DNA from: a bacterium
Lineage (GTDB): Bacteria > Patescibacteriota > Minisyncoccia > Phycocordibacterales > UBA6899
DNA length: 64,000 bases
Assembly (NCBI GenBank): GCA_043756865.1
Contig: JAYUQG010000024.1
Span: forward strand, 27,259 to 91,258
Direction: 5' to 3'
Notes under the pieces: generated by a model
What the model saw: only the letters and a program-made list of their open reading frames with translations
What the model was told of the DNA's origin: nothing
Databases searched by the model: none
Translations under genes and position numbers: made by a program
Shown: positions 36,835-46,923 of the stretch, in pieces
How the letters are laid out: every line of letters begins with the position of its first letter
How positions within the stretch are numbered: the stretch's first letter is position 1

Positions 36835-38907
36835 ATGGATATGAACTTTAACCAAATGAAACGCGACGAGGGTGAGAAGCCGAAAGACGGTGTGCCATCC
36901 GCGCCGTCATTTTTTTCGAATATATTAACGATTCTCCTTGTCTTTTTACTCCTCGTCTCTGCATACTCGTATTTTGCTGACAAAAAAGCCAAAACCGAGA
37001 TAGTTTCACTCTCGCAACTCTCTGTTGATGTGCGTCAGGCAAAGATAGCAAAGATTGATGTCGAAGGGACAGAACTGCGCGTCGAATACCTCGACGGCAC
37101 AAAAAAGGACTCGCGCAAGGAGCTCGAGGCATCACTTTCCGACACACTAAAGAATTATGGAGTCTCTCCTGAAGAATTAGCTGCGCTCAAAATAGAGATC
37201 AAAGGCCCTTCGGGTTTTGCGTACTGGTTCTATTCGCTCGCACCGTTTCTCTTTCCGCTCCTTTTCCTCGGAGTACTCATTTGGTTCCTCACACGTCAAG
37301 TGAAACAGTCTGGTGGCATGCAGGCGTTCTCTTTCGGACAATCCAAAGCCCGCGTAATTTACCCTGACGACACTGCACAAAAAGTGACATTCAAAGATAT
37401 CGCTGGAGTGAAGGAGGCCAAAGAAGAGCTACAAGAAATAGTTGAGTTTTTGAAGCAGCCCAAAAAATTCTTGGATATTGGCGCACAGATACCAAAGGGT
37501 GTGATGCTCATGGGTGGCCCTGGTACTGGCAAGACCATGCTTGCGCGCGCAGTTGCAGGTGAAGCAGGGGTGCCGTTCTTCCACCTTTCAGGTTCTGAGT
37601 TTGTCGAAATGTTTGTTGGTGTGGGTGCGTCGCGTGTCCGTGATCTTTTTAAGATGGTAAAAAAAGAATCCCCTGCAATCATTTTTATTGATGAGATTGA
37701 TGCAGTCGGGCGTGTCCGTGGTTCGGGTGTTGGCGGTGGCAATGACGAGCGCGAGCAGACACTCAATCAGATTTTGGTTGAGATGGACGGGTTTGAGCCA
37801 ACTGAGAAGGTGATAGTCATTGCGGCGACGAATCGCCCCGACGTGCTCGACCCCGCACTACTGCGCCCTGGGCGTTTCGACCGCCGCGTGGTGCTCGACC
37901 TGCCTGACTTAAATGACCGTGAACAAATCCTACTTATTCATGCGCGGAAGAAGCCGCTTGCAGAGGACGTGAATTTGCGTGTTGTAGCGGAGCGCACCCC
38001 CGGCTTTTCGGGAGCAGACCTGTATTCACTCATGAACGAAGGTGCGATTCTTGCAGCGCGTGAAAACCGCAAAAAGGTCTCACAATACGACCTCATCCGC
38101 TCCATTGAAAAAGTAATGATTGGTCCCGAGCGCAAGAGTCACATGTTGAATACCGACGAGAAAAAAATAGTTGCATATCATGAAGGCGGACATGCACTCC
38201 TCGCATCACTATTGGCTTATGCAAACCCAGTGCACAAGATTTCAATTATTTCACGAGGTCATGCAATGGGATATACACTCAATCTTCCGACTGAAGAGCG
38301 CATATTTCAAACACGCAAAGAATTCCTCGACAACATTGTTGTTTCGCTTGGAGGGTACGTTGCTGAGCTCATGATGTTTGATGACCTGACGACCGGTCCG
38401 TCAAACGACCTTCAAAAAGCGACTGGACTCGCGCGCGATATGGTCTCGAAGTACGGCATGTCAGCAACACTTGGACCAATTGCATTTGAGGCATCAGGTA
38501 GCATGCTCTTGGGTCGCGGCGGATTCGTCGAGCGCGACTACTCGCAAGATGTAGCACGGCGTATTGATATAGAGGTAGAGAAAATCATGAATGATTCGCT
38601 CGTGCGCGCAAAAGAACTCTTGCTGAAACACAAGCCTGTACTCGATGCGATTGCTCTTGAACTCATCCGCGTTGAAACAATGGAGCGCGATGAATACGAG
38701 AAGTTGCTCGTACTCCACGGAATAAAGCCAAGCGAGAAAATGGGCGAAGAGGTATACATTGTGCCGCCCGCAAAAGCGGAAGCCGTTGCGGTGGTCACCC
38801 ATGCACCCGTGATACACAATGCAGGAGATCATGATGAAGGAAAAGGGAAGCACAGCAAAAAACAAAAACGACAAGACGAAAGTGACAGTAGCGAAAAACC
38901 GGCATAA
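36835..38907 (+). CDS. ftsH: ATP-dependent zinc metalloprotease FtsH
   Basis: N-terminal TM helices, Walker A GPPGTGKT, second region of homology and the zinc motif HEGGHAL. The ORF-track start at 36814 is GTG, and the first ATG (MDMNFNQ) is at 36835. Confidence 0.85.
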   Translation: MDMNFNQMKRDEGEKPKDGVPSAPSFFSNILTILLVFLLLVSAYSYFADKKAKTEIVSLSQLSVDVRQAKIAKIDVEGTELRVEYLDGTKKDSRKELEASLSDTLKNYGVSPEELAALKIEIKGPSGFAYWFYSLAPFLFPLLFLGVLIWFLTRQVKQSGGMQAFSFGQSKARVIYPDDTAQKVTFKDIAGVKEAKEELQEIVEFLKQPKKFLDIGAQIPKGVMLMGGPGTGKTMLARAVAGEAGVPFFHLSGSEFVEMFVGVGASRVRDLFKMVKKESPAIIFIDEIDAVGRVRGSGVGGGNDEREQTLNQILVEMDGFEPTEKVIVIAATNRPDVLDPALLRPGRFDRRVVLDLPDLNDREQILLIHARKKPLAEDVNLRVVAERTPGFSGADLYSLMNEGAILAARENRKKVSQYDLIRSIEKVMIGPERKSHMLNTDEKKIVAYHEGGHALLASLLAYANPVHKISIISRGHAMGYTLNLPTEERIFQTRKEFLDNIVVSLGGYVAELMMFDDLTTGPSNDLQKATGLARDMVSKYGMSATLGPIAFEASGSMLLGRGGFVERDYSQDVARRIDIEVEKIMNDSLVRAKELLLKHKPVLDAIALELIRVETMERDEYEKLLVLHGIKPSEKMGEEVYIVPPAKAEAVAVVTHAPVIHNAGDHDEGKGKHSKKQKRQDESDSSEKPA

Positions 38908-39142
38908 GAGCTTCTCTTGGTAGAAGCTTTTCTGCTGCAACGCACGATCTTCATTAAAAACACGTAAAACCTTTGGCGTCTTGTCTCGACAAGTCTTCGC
39001 AGGTTTTACGTGTTTTTATTATGAAGCTCTCGCGTTCCGCTACGGAGGCCCCACAGGGTAAGGTTCAGCCGGTTTTTTGTATGTTGACGAGACGGTAATT
39101 TGGCGTAGTCTCTTGTATAGTATTGTTCCAAGGAGGTCACTC

Positions 39143-39526
39143 GTGAATACACCCCGTCCCACGCCGTCGTTTTCTGCGGGCTTCTCAATCGCGCTTGTTA
39201 TTTCGCTCATTTTGAGTGCGCTGTTCCCCGTGCGCACGCTTGCACCGGAAGACCAAACGTTTTTGTCAGCGGTATTGAGTGGCCTATTTGATTCGTTCTT
39301 TTTCGGCCTGCTTTTCTGGTATTACGCGAAAAAACATTCCGAACAGCTCTTTTGGATACTCGCGATTGCGCTCGGTTTCTCGGTGGGCGATGGAATCCAA
39401 GACCTTGTCCGCTCGGCGCCGTGGTGGTATGCGATTCTCTCCACTCTTGTGCGCGCCGCAGCCAGCCTCGCCTTGTACCATTATTTCGTGAGCCGCCTTA
39501 AGAAGCCGCCCACGGATGGCAGTTAA
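39143..39526 (+). CDS. small membrane protein
   Basis: GTG start 6 nt after a perfect AAGGAGGT ribosome-binding site. About 127 aa with 3-4 TM helices. Terminator CCCGCAC-tg-TGCGGG plus T8 at 39546-39569. Confidence 0.45.
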   Translation: MNTPRPTPSFSAGFSIALVISLILSALFPVRTLAPEDQTFLSAVLSGLFDSFFFGLLFWYYAKKHSEQLFWILAIALGFSVGDGIQDLVRSAPWWYAILSTLVRAAASLALYHYFVSRLKKPPTDGS

Positions 39527-39816
39527 CTTTCATCCATACAAACAAACCCGCACTGTGCGGGTTTTTTTTATGTGGACTAGACTTTCTTTTTCTTAGTAGT
39601 GTACGTTTGAGAGGAAGCGGTGATTTTCTTTGATACGACCTTCTTTTTCGCAGAACGGCGTGTTTCGATGCGCGCCGCAACAATAGGTGTAGTTACACCT
39701 GCTTTTTCTTCAGGAGGGGGCAGTGTGGCGGATAGTTCGAGGCTCTCCATCCAAAGCTCTCTTGCCCAACCTTTTGAATGAAAAAGATGCTCGCCCTCTT
39801 CTTTGTGTACGAGAGC

Positions 39817-40182
39817 CTATGCACCCATAAGCACCTTTCGTTCGTCCTCAGGAAGACTTGTTGCAACTGCGCCAATGAGTTCCCAATTGAGGTGATCTTT
39901 TGTTTCCGCGAGCACCACACACTCTGCCGCAACTAGTTGTGCGCTGTCTAGTTCGTCAGAATCGAGAGCAATTTCCATGGCCTCCACGAGCGATTCACCG
40001 ATATGTCGCACCACAGTTCTACCTAGTGTTTCTGCCTCCGCACCCATCTCCAGTTTGTTAAAAACATTACGCAATATAACTTCGTGTTCTTTCGTTTGTT
40101 CGAGATACTTCTCCCACTCAGCGCGGAGGTCTTCGTTTTGTGCGCAGGTGATTGCGGTTTCATAGACGAGAATGCCCCCCAT
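39817..40182 (-). CDS. hypothetical protein (in-frame TAG followed by 80 open codons to 39577)
   Basis: 121-aa ORF. The reading frame stays open past the TAG for another 80 codons, ending Lys-rich at a TAG at 39577. That point lies just before a minus-strand-competent terminator. Confidence 0.4.
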   Translation of the reverse strand: MGGILVYETAITCAQNEDLRAEWEKYLEQTKEHEVILRNVFNKLEMGAEAETLGRTVVRHIGESLVEAMEIALDSDELDSAQLVAAECVVLAETKDHLNWELIGAVATSLPEDERKVLMGA

Positions 40183-40418
40183 TAAAAAAATATACAGTTG
40201 ACCCTAGAGCCCGTTAGATAACTTTTCCCAACTGCAAATCCATGCTGTCGGCTGAAAAGCATTTTATCCTCCCTCGTCGTATCCAATGGGTACGCCATCG
40301 GTCGGCCTAAAATGTTTTCATCTCGACACCATGAATTTTCGTTTCAGGAAATAGTTGTCTAACTAGGCTCTTGGTGTAATCTCTGGTAGACAGAGTGCAG
40401 ATTATAAAGGAGTACATA

Positions 40419-40844
40419 ATGACACGTACTAATGTTGTTTCATTCCTCCCGTTCATGGTGACAATCGACGTGCGCGTCGAGCTTGCGCTTATGACCATGA
40501 ATACGACGTTGTGTTTCGGCCCATTCAATACACAAGAAAGTGCCGATAGTTGGTCGGGTGAGGTGCACCGTTTGCACAAAGACGTCGAGCGTCGTGAAGA
40601 TACTATTGCAGATAGTGTTAGCGACGAGCTCGGCATTCCTACTGCGGAGTTTATTCGTGCATATGTGACCCTCCCCGATTCGTTCCAAGTGGGCAAAGAT
40701 GCGCGAGAAGATGGAAACCTCATTCCGACGCACGCACCTGAGATTGATGCGCGAGATATGCGTATCTATGCGCTCCGCGCATTCGCATCAGCGGTCGACT
40801 ACACTTTGGAGCGACTCATCCAGACACCGCCCCTGCATTCATAG
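40419..40844 (+). CDS. hypothetical protein
   Basis: AAAGGAG ribosome-binding site 7 nt upstream of the ATG at 40419. Terminator CCGAGG-acaca-CCTCGG plus T6 at 40847-40870. Confidence 0.45.
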   Translation: MTRTNVVSFLPFMVTIDVRVELALMTMNTTLCFGPFNTQESADSWSGEVHRLHKDVERREDTIADSVSDELGIPTAEFIRAYVTLPDSFQVGKDAREDGNLIPTHAPEIDARDMRIYALRAFASAVDYTLERLIQTPPLHS

Positions 40845-40965
40845 AACCGAGGACACACCTCGGTTTTTTGTTGCTCAGAATGTATTTATTCATTATGATA
40901 ACTGCACAATTTCCCCCCGTAGCTGTCTTGGTAGGTATCGGGCGCTAGTAAGGAGTTGTTTATTT

Positions 40966-41038
40966 CCACCCGTAGCTCAGTTGGTAGAGCGGTCGTCTTA
41001 TACACGACTGGTCCCTGGTTCGAGTCCAGGCGGGTGGA
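40966..41038 (+). tRNA. tRNA-Ile with anticodon UAU (decodes AUA)
   Basis: Cloverleaf: acceptor CCACCCG/CGGGTGG, D-arm GCTC-AGTTGGTA-GAGC, anticodon arm GTCGT-CTTATAC-ACGAC (positions 34-36 are TAT), T-arm CCTGG-TTCGAGT-CCAGG, discriminator A, 73 nt. No encoded CCA. Confidence 0.75.
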
Positions 41039-41324
41039 CAAGCGAGACTCACAATGTAGAACACTGTGCGCTTGTCCAAGCCACAGCCATATCGAGGCTT
41101 GGCGAGATGGCGAGGCGGTGTGAGGCTCGGTCAAGGGAACCCAGCTTTGTGGGAACCGAGCCGCAAGACTCATTGAGAACTTTTGTCATCAAAAGATCCA
41201 ATGAGTGGACAGCTCCTGTAAGGAGGCGAACATTTCAGAAAAATTGACTTTTTGTGTCTTTCATGTTATTAAGGATATAGATGGGTAATGTCGCCCACCT
41301 CTCTGCAATGAAAGCGAGTTTGAC

Positions 41325-41678
41325 ATGAACATGATTCAACAATTTTCGGTCGATGGCGAAGCGCGTATCGGTGTCGCGACGCAGGATGTCTGTGGCAATG
41401 AAGTGCGCTTCTTCTGGTGGAAGAACATCGCGGGCACCGCAGCTGTCGTCGCCAAAGAGTGCGGCAAAATCATCGCCCTCGGCTACCCTGCTGTCGTGCG
41501 CTCCGGACTCGACCTGACCAGCTTCTACGACGACCGGCGAGTTGTCCAAGTGCGGAACACCTACGCTATCTACGTCGATGAGGCGCAGTGGACAAAGATT
41601 CGCAGTGAGGCCAACCTCGGCTATCTGTCCGTTTCGCTTCGCGACCTCGGGCTCCAGATGGCCGAACGCCGCGTGTAA
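41325..41678 (+). CDS. hypothetical protein
   Basis: 117-aa ORF followed by an imperfect hairpin plus TTTT. It competes with the antisense ORF 41235-41714. Confidence 0.3.
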   Translation: MNMIQQFSVDGEARIGVATQDVCGNEVRFFWWKNIAGTAAVVAKECGKIIALGYPAVVRSGLDLTSFYDDRRVVQVRNTYAIYVDEAQWTKIRSEANLGYLSVSLRDLGLQMAERRV

Positions 41679-41793
41679 AGTAAACGCCACAAGGCACAAT
41701 AAACCGCCCCACACTTCGTGTGCAGGGCGTTTTGATTACTCCGTTTTTCCTCGGCTTCTGTGGCAATGCCCTTTGGTGTAAAATTGTAGCTAC

Positions 41794-42741
41794 ATGAACT
41801 GCGTGCTACAGAAAGCATTATATATATTGGGAACGGGTATTGTGTTTTATTCCTTCTCTGAAAGACTTTTTTGGGGCTGGTTTATGGAGGGAGAAGATAA
41901 TATCGAGTTGATGCTTTGGGGTCTCATATTTTATACTGTTGCGGCCTACGTATTTCTCATTGTGCGTGAAAAATTTAAACTCTCGACAGTCAGTGAACTA
42001 TTGATTGTGGGTCTATTATATGGGGTGATTATCGAAGGAGTTATTGTCGGTGAATTATATGCTGACCCTATTGGGACAGTGTTTGTTGCCCTTCCTTGGC
42101 ACGCACTTGTGACAGTGTTGATTGGGTGGTATGCGATCCCACTCTGGCTCACCATGCATTCATATTTAAAACAGGCAATGTGGGCGCTTGTTTTTTCGGC
42201 AAGTTGGTTTGTGTGGTCAATCGGAATGCATTATGAGTTTGGGAAACCAGATAGCGCAATACCGAGCGCATCGCTCGATATCGAAAACTATGCAGCACAT
42301 GCGTTATTTACATTTACACTGCTTGCACTCGGGCATGGACTTATGTTGCTTGCGCGAAAGGATTTTGTATTCAGATATAGCAAAAAAGAGGCAACTGTCG
42401 TGATGGTGATTCCGTTTTTGTTTGCAGCGATTCTTTATCCGGGAGTGATGATTATCGTCGCCCCTGTTATGGGTGTGCTCTTTTATGGGTTTTATCGACT
42501 CCTTCGATGGCTGTCGCTTCGCAAAGAGGGACTACCGCAGTTGCGCCCCGTTTTGCAAGAGTTTCGTGTTGGCAAACTCTTGGCCGTTTATGCCATACCA
42601 GCAATTTCTGTCTTTTTTATGCACGCCTTCTTCTTGTCAGGAGTAGCTACATTTGAAGCGGCATATATGATTTCACTGCCTTTATTTGTGGCGACATGCG
42701 TGCTCTGTGCGCGCGTGTTCCGTTCACCTCGAGTCGGTTAA
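41794..42741 (+). CDS. hypothetical polytopic membrane protein
   Basis: About 8 TM helices. No motif. Confidence 0.45.
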   Translation: MNCVLQKALYILGTGIVFYSFSERLFWGWFMEGEDNIELMLWGLIFYTVAAYVFLIVREKFKLSTVSELLIVGLLYGVIIEGVIVGELYADPIGTVFVALPWHALVTVLIGWYAIPLWLTMHSYLKQAMWALVFSASWFVWSIGMHYEFGKPDSAIPSASLDIENYAAHALFTFTLLALGHGLMLLARKDFVFRYSKKEATVVMVIPFLFAAILYPGVMIIVAPVMGVLFYGFYRLLRWLSLRKEGLPQLRPVLQEFRVGKLLAVYAIPAISVFFMHAFFLSGVATFEAAYMISLPLFVATCVLCARVFRSPRVG

Positions 42742-42803
42742 AAACAGGTCGTTTTTTGCAGATGTGGTTTTCCTTGCATCAATACACTCCATGGTTAGAA
42801 TGA

Positions 42804-43241
42804 ATGCACATGCAAATCCGGATTAAACGTATCGACAAAACGCTCCCGCTTCCTGAGTACAAAACAAAGGGCGCTGCAGCGTTTGATCTCGCAACGCGTG
42901 AGACCATAACCATTCTGCCAAACGTAGTAGCCTATGCCCCCTTGAATGTCGTTATCGAAACACCACCCGGTTATATGACCTTCCTTGCTACGCGCTCATC
43001 ACTCCACAAGCGGGGACTGGTGATGGCGAACGGAGCGGGGATTATTGATCAAGATTTTTGCGGTAACAACGACGAGGTTATGGCCGCCCTCTATAATTTC
43101 TCAGATACCCCTGTGACGATCGAGCGTGGTGAGCGGATACTTCAGGTCGCAATTGTGCCAATAGAGAAAGCAGAGTGGCTCGAAGTGGAGGATATGGAAC
43201 ACGAAGACCGAGGTGGCTTTGGTACGACAGGCAAGGCGTAA
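42804..43241 (+). CDS. dut: dUTP diphosphatase
   Basis: dUTPase motifs AAFDLA, RSSL, GIIDQDFCG and C-terminal RGGFGTTG. Confidence 0.8.
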   Translation: MHMQIRIKRIDKTLPLPEYKTKGAAAFDLATRETITILPNVVAYAPLNVVIETPPGYMTFLATRSSLHKRGLVMANGAGIIDQDFCGNNDEVMAALYNFSDTPVTIERGERILQVAIVPIEKAEWLEVEDMEHEDRGGFGTTGKA

Positions 43242-43675
43242 TGCGACACTTTTCAGGTGAAAATGTGCATGCTATGCTTCGCACATTAGTATTTAGCACT
43301 CCCTATATGTCACCAGAAGAACGCGCAGTGAACGTAGCAGCAGAAATCGAAGCCTTAACGTCACAAGAAATTGCGGCATTTATTCTTCCTGTGCTCAATT
43401 CAGATGAACCCGTACTCCCTGTTGACCTCGAAATTATACAAAAGCGTGCACTCGTACTTGCATCGGAGAACCCCGCGCTTTCTGTGGAAGATGCAATCAT
43501 GAACGCTGCTGGCGATCGACTCAGCGCACGAGAAGGGACTGAAACCCCCGTCACAATTACTGATAGCACGGGCTACGTTCATGCTGTTGTCGAAAAAGGG
43601 AAAAATCCTGCTTCCGTCGCTCGTGAAATCGCGGAAGATTTTCGTGATCATGGTGATGCCGCCTCAGATCGATAA
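43241..43675 (+). CDS. hypothetical acidic protein
   Basis: ATG overlaps the dut stop (TAATG). 144 aa, Ala/Glu-rich. Confidence 0.4.
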   Translation: MRHFSGENVHAMLRTLVFSTPYMSPEERAVNVAAEIEALTSQEIAAFILPVLNSDEPVLPVDLEIIQKRALVLASENPALSVEDAIMNAAGDRLSAREGTETPVTITDSTGYVHAVVEKGKNPASVAREIAEDFRDHGDAASDR

Positions 43676-44000
43676 ATGTGTAAAAAAAGACTGCCTCTCG
43701 GCAGCCCTGAAGTTGGTTGCGTGCACACTGTGCGGACAACCAACGGAATAATCTACGCATGATGTTTTCGACGATGGCCCAAATCTGGGTCATGCCTGCG
43801 GCATGGTGCGCGCCAATACGGTGGCGTCCGTCTTTTACAACAAAGGTGCCATCACCCATCGCGTTCACGCGAATCGGAGGGATGTCGTCACCCATCTCAA
43901 GCGCAATGCGCAGTTCTTCGATACGACGCGGGCAGACACCCCGCTTCTTCTTTTTAGTGGTTCGCAGGTGCTCCATTGCGAGGAGCATGAGTTTTGGCAT
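43557..44000 (-). CDS. ParB-like nuclease (ParB/Srx) domain protein
   Basis: LLAMEHLRTTKKKKRGVCPRRIEELRIALEMGDDIPPIRVNAMGDGTFVVKDGRHRIGAHHAAG carries the ParB N-domain signature ...DG.HR..A...G. The C-terminal 40 codons overlap the convergent gene and look non-genic. Confidence 0.35.
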   Translation of the reverse strand: MPKLMLLAMEHLRTTKKKKRGVCPRRIEELRIALEMGDDIPPIRVNAMGDGTFVVKDGRHRIGAHHAAGMTQIWAIVENIMRRLFRWLSAQCARNQLQGCREAVFFYTFIDLRRHHHDHENLPRFHERRKQDFSLFRQQHERSPCYQ

Positions 44001-44134
44001 CTCTGACTCCTTTGATTTAGTCTGCGGGCAGTTAATCATAAGTACGTGCAAAGTCAAACCGTATATGTCATGAGCCTATTGCTCGCTTTTTTAATAGTGC
44101 TAGCCTTTGTGTAGCTGTTTTCTGCAAGGACTTT

Positions 44135-44545
44135 ATGTACCTCAGCTCTATTCGCCTCGCCTGCAACGCAATCGGATTTGCCGCTTGGTTCGTCTTGTTT
44201 ATTCAGCTTGCCGGAAATGGACACCTGACAGTCGATCCCAAGTGGGATGTCTACCTGGCGAACGTGCTCGCACTTCTTATTCCTCTGGGGTTGCTCATTA
44301 TTGATTTCCGAACACGCAAATCGGGTCCACTTGCACAATCTCTGTCATCAATTGCGTGGATGATTCTTTGGACATTCACGGGAATTATTGGCGTTCTCGT
44401 TACGGGGTGGTCCGCTCATATGGGTGAGTGGGAATCAGGAAGGTGGTACGGTTATGTGGCGCCACTGTTGGTTGCTACAAACACTCTGGCGGCATTGTTG
44501 CTTCTGGGGAGGGCACTGTGGCCCACACACAAGGAAACCTATTAG
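44135..44545 (+). CDS. hypothetical small membrane protein
   Basis: 4 TM helices. No motif. Confidence 0.4.
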   Translation: MYLSSIRLACNAIGFAAWFVLFIQLAGNGHLTVDPKWDVYLANVLALLIPLGLLIIDFRTRKSGPLAQSLSSIAWMILWTFTGIIGVLVTGWSAHMGEWESGRWYGYVAPLLVATNTLAALLLLGRALWPTHKETY

Positions 44546-44604
44546 GTGACTGTCCGCATTTTTGCGGACAGTTTTTTAACGAGGAAAATATAATTGCCTA
44601 TGAG

Positions 44605-46818
44605 CTATTCAAAGTGCGAGCGTGCACGTTCCTCGAGTTGGGCCTTGAGTGTGGGCTCGTGTGCAAGTGTGAGGTCTTCTGCGAGTACGCGTTTTGCTTC
44701 TTCGCGCGCGGCTTCAACCATTTTGATGTTCTTGATTGCCTCCATTCCGATGTCAGAGATTCCCCACTGCTTGCCGCCACCGAGCTCACCAGCACCACGC
44801 AATCCTAAGTCCATTTCTGAAAGCTCGAATCCGTTCTTCGCTGTCGTGAGCGCCTTCAGGCGTTCAAAGGTTTTGTCGGTTTTTGTTTCTGAGAAAAGGT
44901 AACAGTATGCTTGGTGTGTTCCACGTAATACGCGACCGCGTAGTTGGTGGAGTTGCGCGAGCCCAAAGCGCTCGGCACCTTCGATAACAATAAGTGTAGC
45001 GTTCGGAACGTTTACCCCGACCTCCACAACGGATGTCGCGACGAGTATGTGCGTACTCCCTGATGCGAATTCCTCCATGACCGCGTCCTTTTCGGTGGGC
45101 TTCATTTTGCTATGGAGTATGTCGATGGTGTATTCGGGAAATACTTTTTCCTGCAAGCGTCGCGCCTCTTCTTTGACCGATTTGGCAATAAGCGCCTGCT
45201 CTTTGTCGGGGTCTGGTTCGTCGATACGCGGACAGATGATGTATGCTTGGCGTCCGGCCCTGAGTTCAGCGCGAATTTTTTCGTATATTGCCTCACGTTT
45301 TCCGACGGGCACAATTTCGGTGATGACAGGCTTTCTTCCTGATGGCATTTGGTCTAGGAGCGAGAGGTCGAGGTCGCCATAGAGTGTAAGTGCCAGCGTT
45401 CGCGGAATTGGTGTGGCGGTCATCGAGAGAAAGTGTGGTGCGCGCGTTGTGTCACCTAATTCTTTTTGTACGAGCTTGGCACGTTGTTTGGTGCCAAAGC
45501 GGTGCTGTTCGTCGATGATGACGTAGGCAAGATGTTTCCACTTTACACTTTTTTGAATGAGCGCGTGGGTGCCGATAACAATGGGTATTTCACCACTCGC
45601 AACCCATTTCAAAAACTGCGTACGCGAAATATCAGTCCAACCGCTCGAGTCTACTTTCGAGGGAAATTTCTTGCACCCGCTCCCCGTAATTAGTCCAATT
45701 TGTATTCCCGTGCCAACAAAATATTTTATAAATGATTCAAAATGCTGGGTTGCAAGTATTTCTGTGGGACACATATATCCCACTTGAAGCGCGCCAAAGT
45801 TTTGGCCGTTTGGGCGAGTGGTCACCACGGCAAAAGTCGTTGCTGCAGCCACTGCAGTCTTTCCGCTTCCTACATCGCCTTCAAGTAAACGTAGCATTGC
45901 GCGGGACGATGCGAAGTCAGTGAAAATCGTTTTCACTGCACGCTCTTGAGCGTCAGTGAGCGGAAAGCCAAGGCGAGCAACAAACTCATCAACGTACGCA
46001 AGGTTGGGTGTGATAAGAAATGTGGGATTTGCTTCATACCGCATACGTGCCTGTTGTCGTTCAAGCTGAAGAAAAAATATTTCTTCAAACGCAAAGCGCT
46101 TTCGTGCAGACTGTGCATGCTTGGCATCACGTGGCTGATGCATCCAAATGAGTGCGGTTGCAAGTGACGGGAGATTGTATCGTTTGAGTATTAGCTCAGG
46201 AATAGGGTCGACGAGCTCGACTAAGATTCCCGACGTGAGTACCTTACGGATGGCGTAGTAGCACCAGCGTGAAGTGATTCCCTTCGACTCTGGATAGACA
46301 GGAAGAAAGCGCTCTTCGTCACTGATTCCACCTTCACTAAATAATGATGGACCAACGTCACCGGGAAGTTTAGGAATCTTCTCAATTTCAGGGTTCACCA
46401 TCGACCGTGCACCATTTTTTATTTTGACTTTTCCTGATGCACGCACAAAGTCTCCTGATGCAACCATCTTTGCCATATATGCCTGATGAAACCACACCAA
46501 CGTAATGTGCCCCGACGTGTCACGCATCGTTGCTTCACCCATTGGCACGCGTGAACGAAACGATTTTTTTGCCCCCGTCTTTTCAATTTGCCCATAGAAT
46601 GTTGCACGTTCGCCATCGGTGGCGAGTTCTATTGAGGAAGATTTCCCTGCATCGATGTGCCTTGCGGGGAAGTGATATAAGATATCGCGGATCGTGTGGA
46701 TACCCATTTTTTGGAGCGCTTTCTTTTGCTCCGGTGCGATGCGCCCGATGGTGGTAATTGGGTCACTTTCATGAAATTTACTTCCAGACATTGACCAATC
46801 ATACGGGATTCTTGGCAT
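44605..46818 (-). CDS. recG: ATP-dependent DNA helicase RecG
   Basis: N-terminal wedge/OB region, Walker A GDVGSGKT, DEAD-like Walker B IIDEQHRFG and helicase C motifs (QLHQLRGRVLRG region). 737 aa. Confidence 0.85.
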   Translation of the reverse strand: MPRIPYDWSMSGSKFHESDPITTIGRIAPEQKKALQKMGIHTIRDILYHFPARHIDAGKSSSIELATDGERATFYGQIEKTGAKKSFRSRVPMGEATMRDTSGHITLVWFHQAYMAKMVASGDFVRASGKVKIKNGARSMVNPEIEKIPKLPGDVGPSLFSEGGISDEERFLPVYPESKGITSRWCYYAIRKVLTSGILVELVDPIPELILKRYNLPSLATALIWMHQPRDAKHAQSARKRFAFEEIFFLQLERQQARMRYEANPTFLITPNLAYVDEFVARLGFPLTDAQERAVKTIFTDFASSRAMLRLLEGDVGSGKTAVAAATTFAVVTTRPNGQNFGALQVGYMCPTEILATQHFESFIKYFVGTGIQIGLITGSGCKKFPSKVDSSGWTDISRTQFLKWVASGEIPIVIGTHALIQKSVKWKHLAYVIIDEQHRFGTKQRAKLVQKELGDTTRAPHFLSMTATPIPRTLALTLYGDLDLSLLDQMPSGRKPVITEIVPVGKREAIYEKIRAELRAGRQAYIICPRIDEPDPDKEQALIAKSVKEEARRLQEKVFPEYTIDILHSKMKPTEKDAVMEEFASGSTHILVATSVVEVGVNVPNATLIVIEGAERFGLAQLHQLRGRVLRGTHQAYCYLFSETKTDKTFERLKALTTAKNGFELSEMDLGLRGAGELGGGKQWGISDIGMEAIKNIKMVEAAREEAKRVLAEDLTLAHEPTLKAQLEERARSHFE

Positions 46819-46923
46819 CGCGGTGGGATTGACGAAGAATAATTTTCCTGTCAGATTGTGGGTAGTGATTTAGTTTGGAAAAAATGTTCTTTGCAAATGT
46901 CACACTTACAAGAAAGGGAAATT

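Noticed and set aside
39577-40182. Alternative genetic code (TAG sense codon) to explain the in-frame TAG
   Set aside because: lexA and other confidently called genes terminate cleanly at TAG with intergenic sequence following. TGA and TAA are also used as stops. Standard code 11 fits the window.
41080-41175. Possible second tRNA or SRP RNA after tRNA-Ile
   Set aside because: No cloverleaf could be folded. The AAGGGAACCCAGC stretch only loosely resembles the 4.5S GGAAGG.AGCA motif.
41235-41714. 159-aa minus-strand ORF overlapping 41325-41678
   Set aside because: The composition is less protein-like. The plus-strand ORF has a downstream hairpin plus T-run. Still uncertain.
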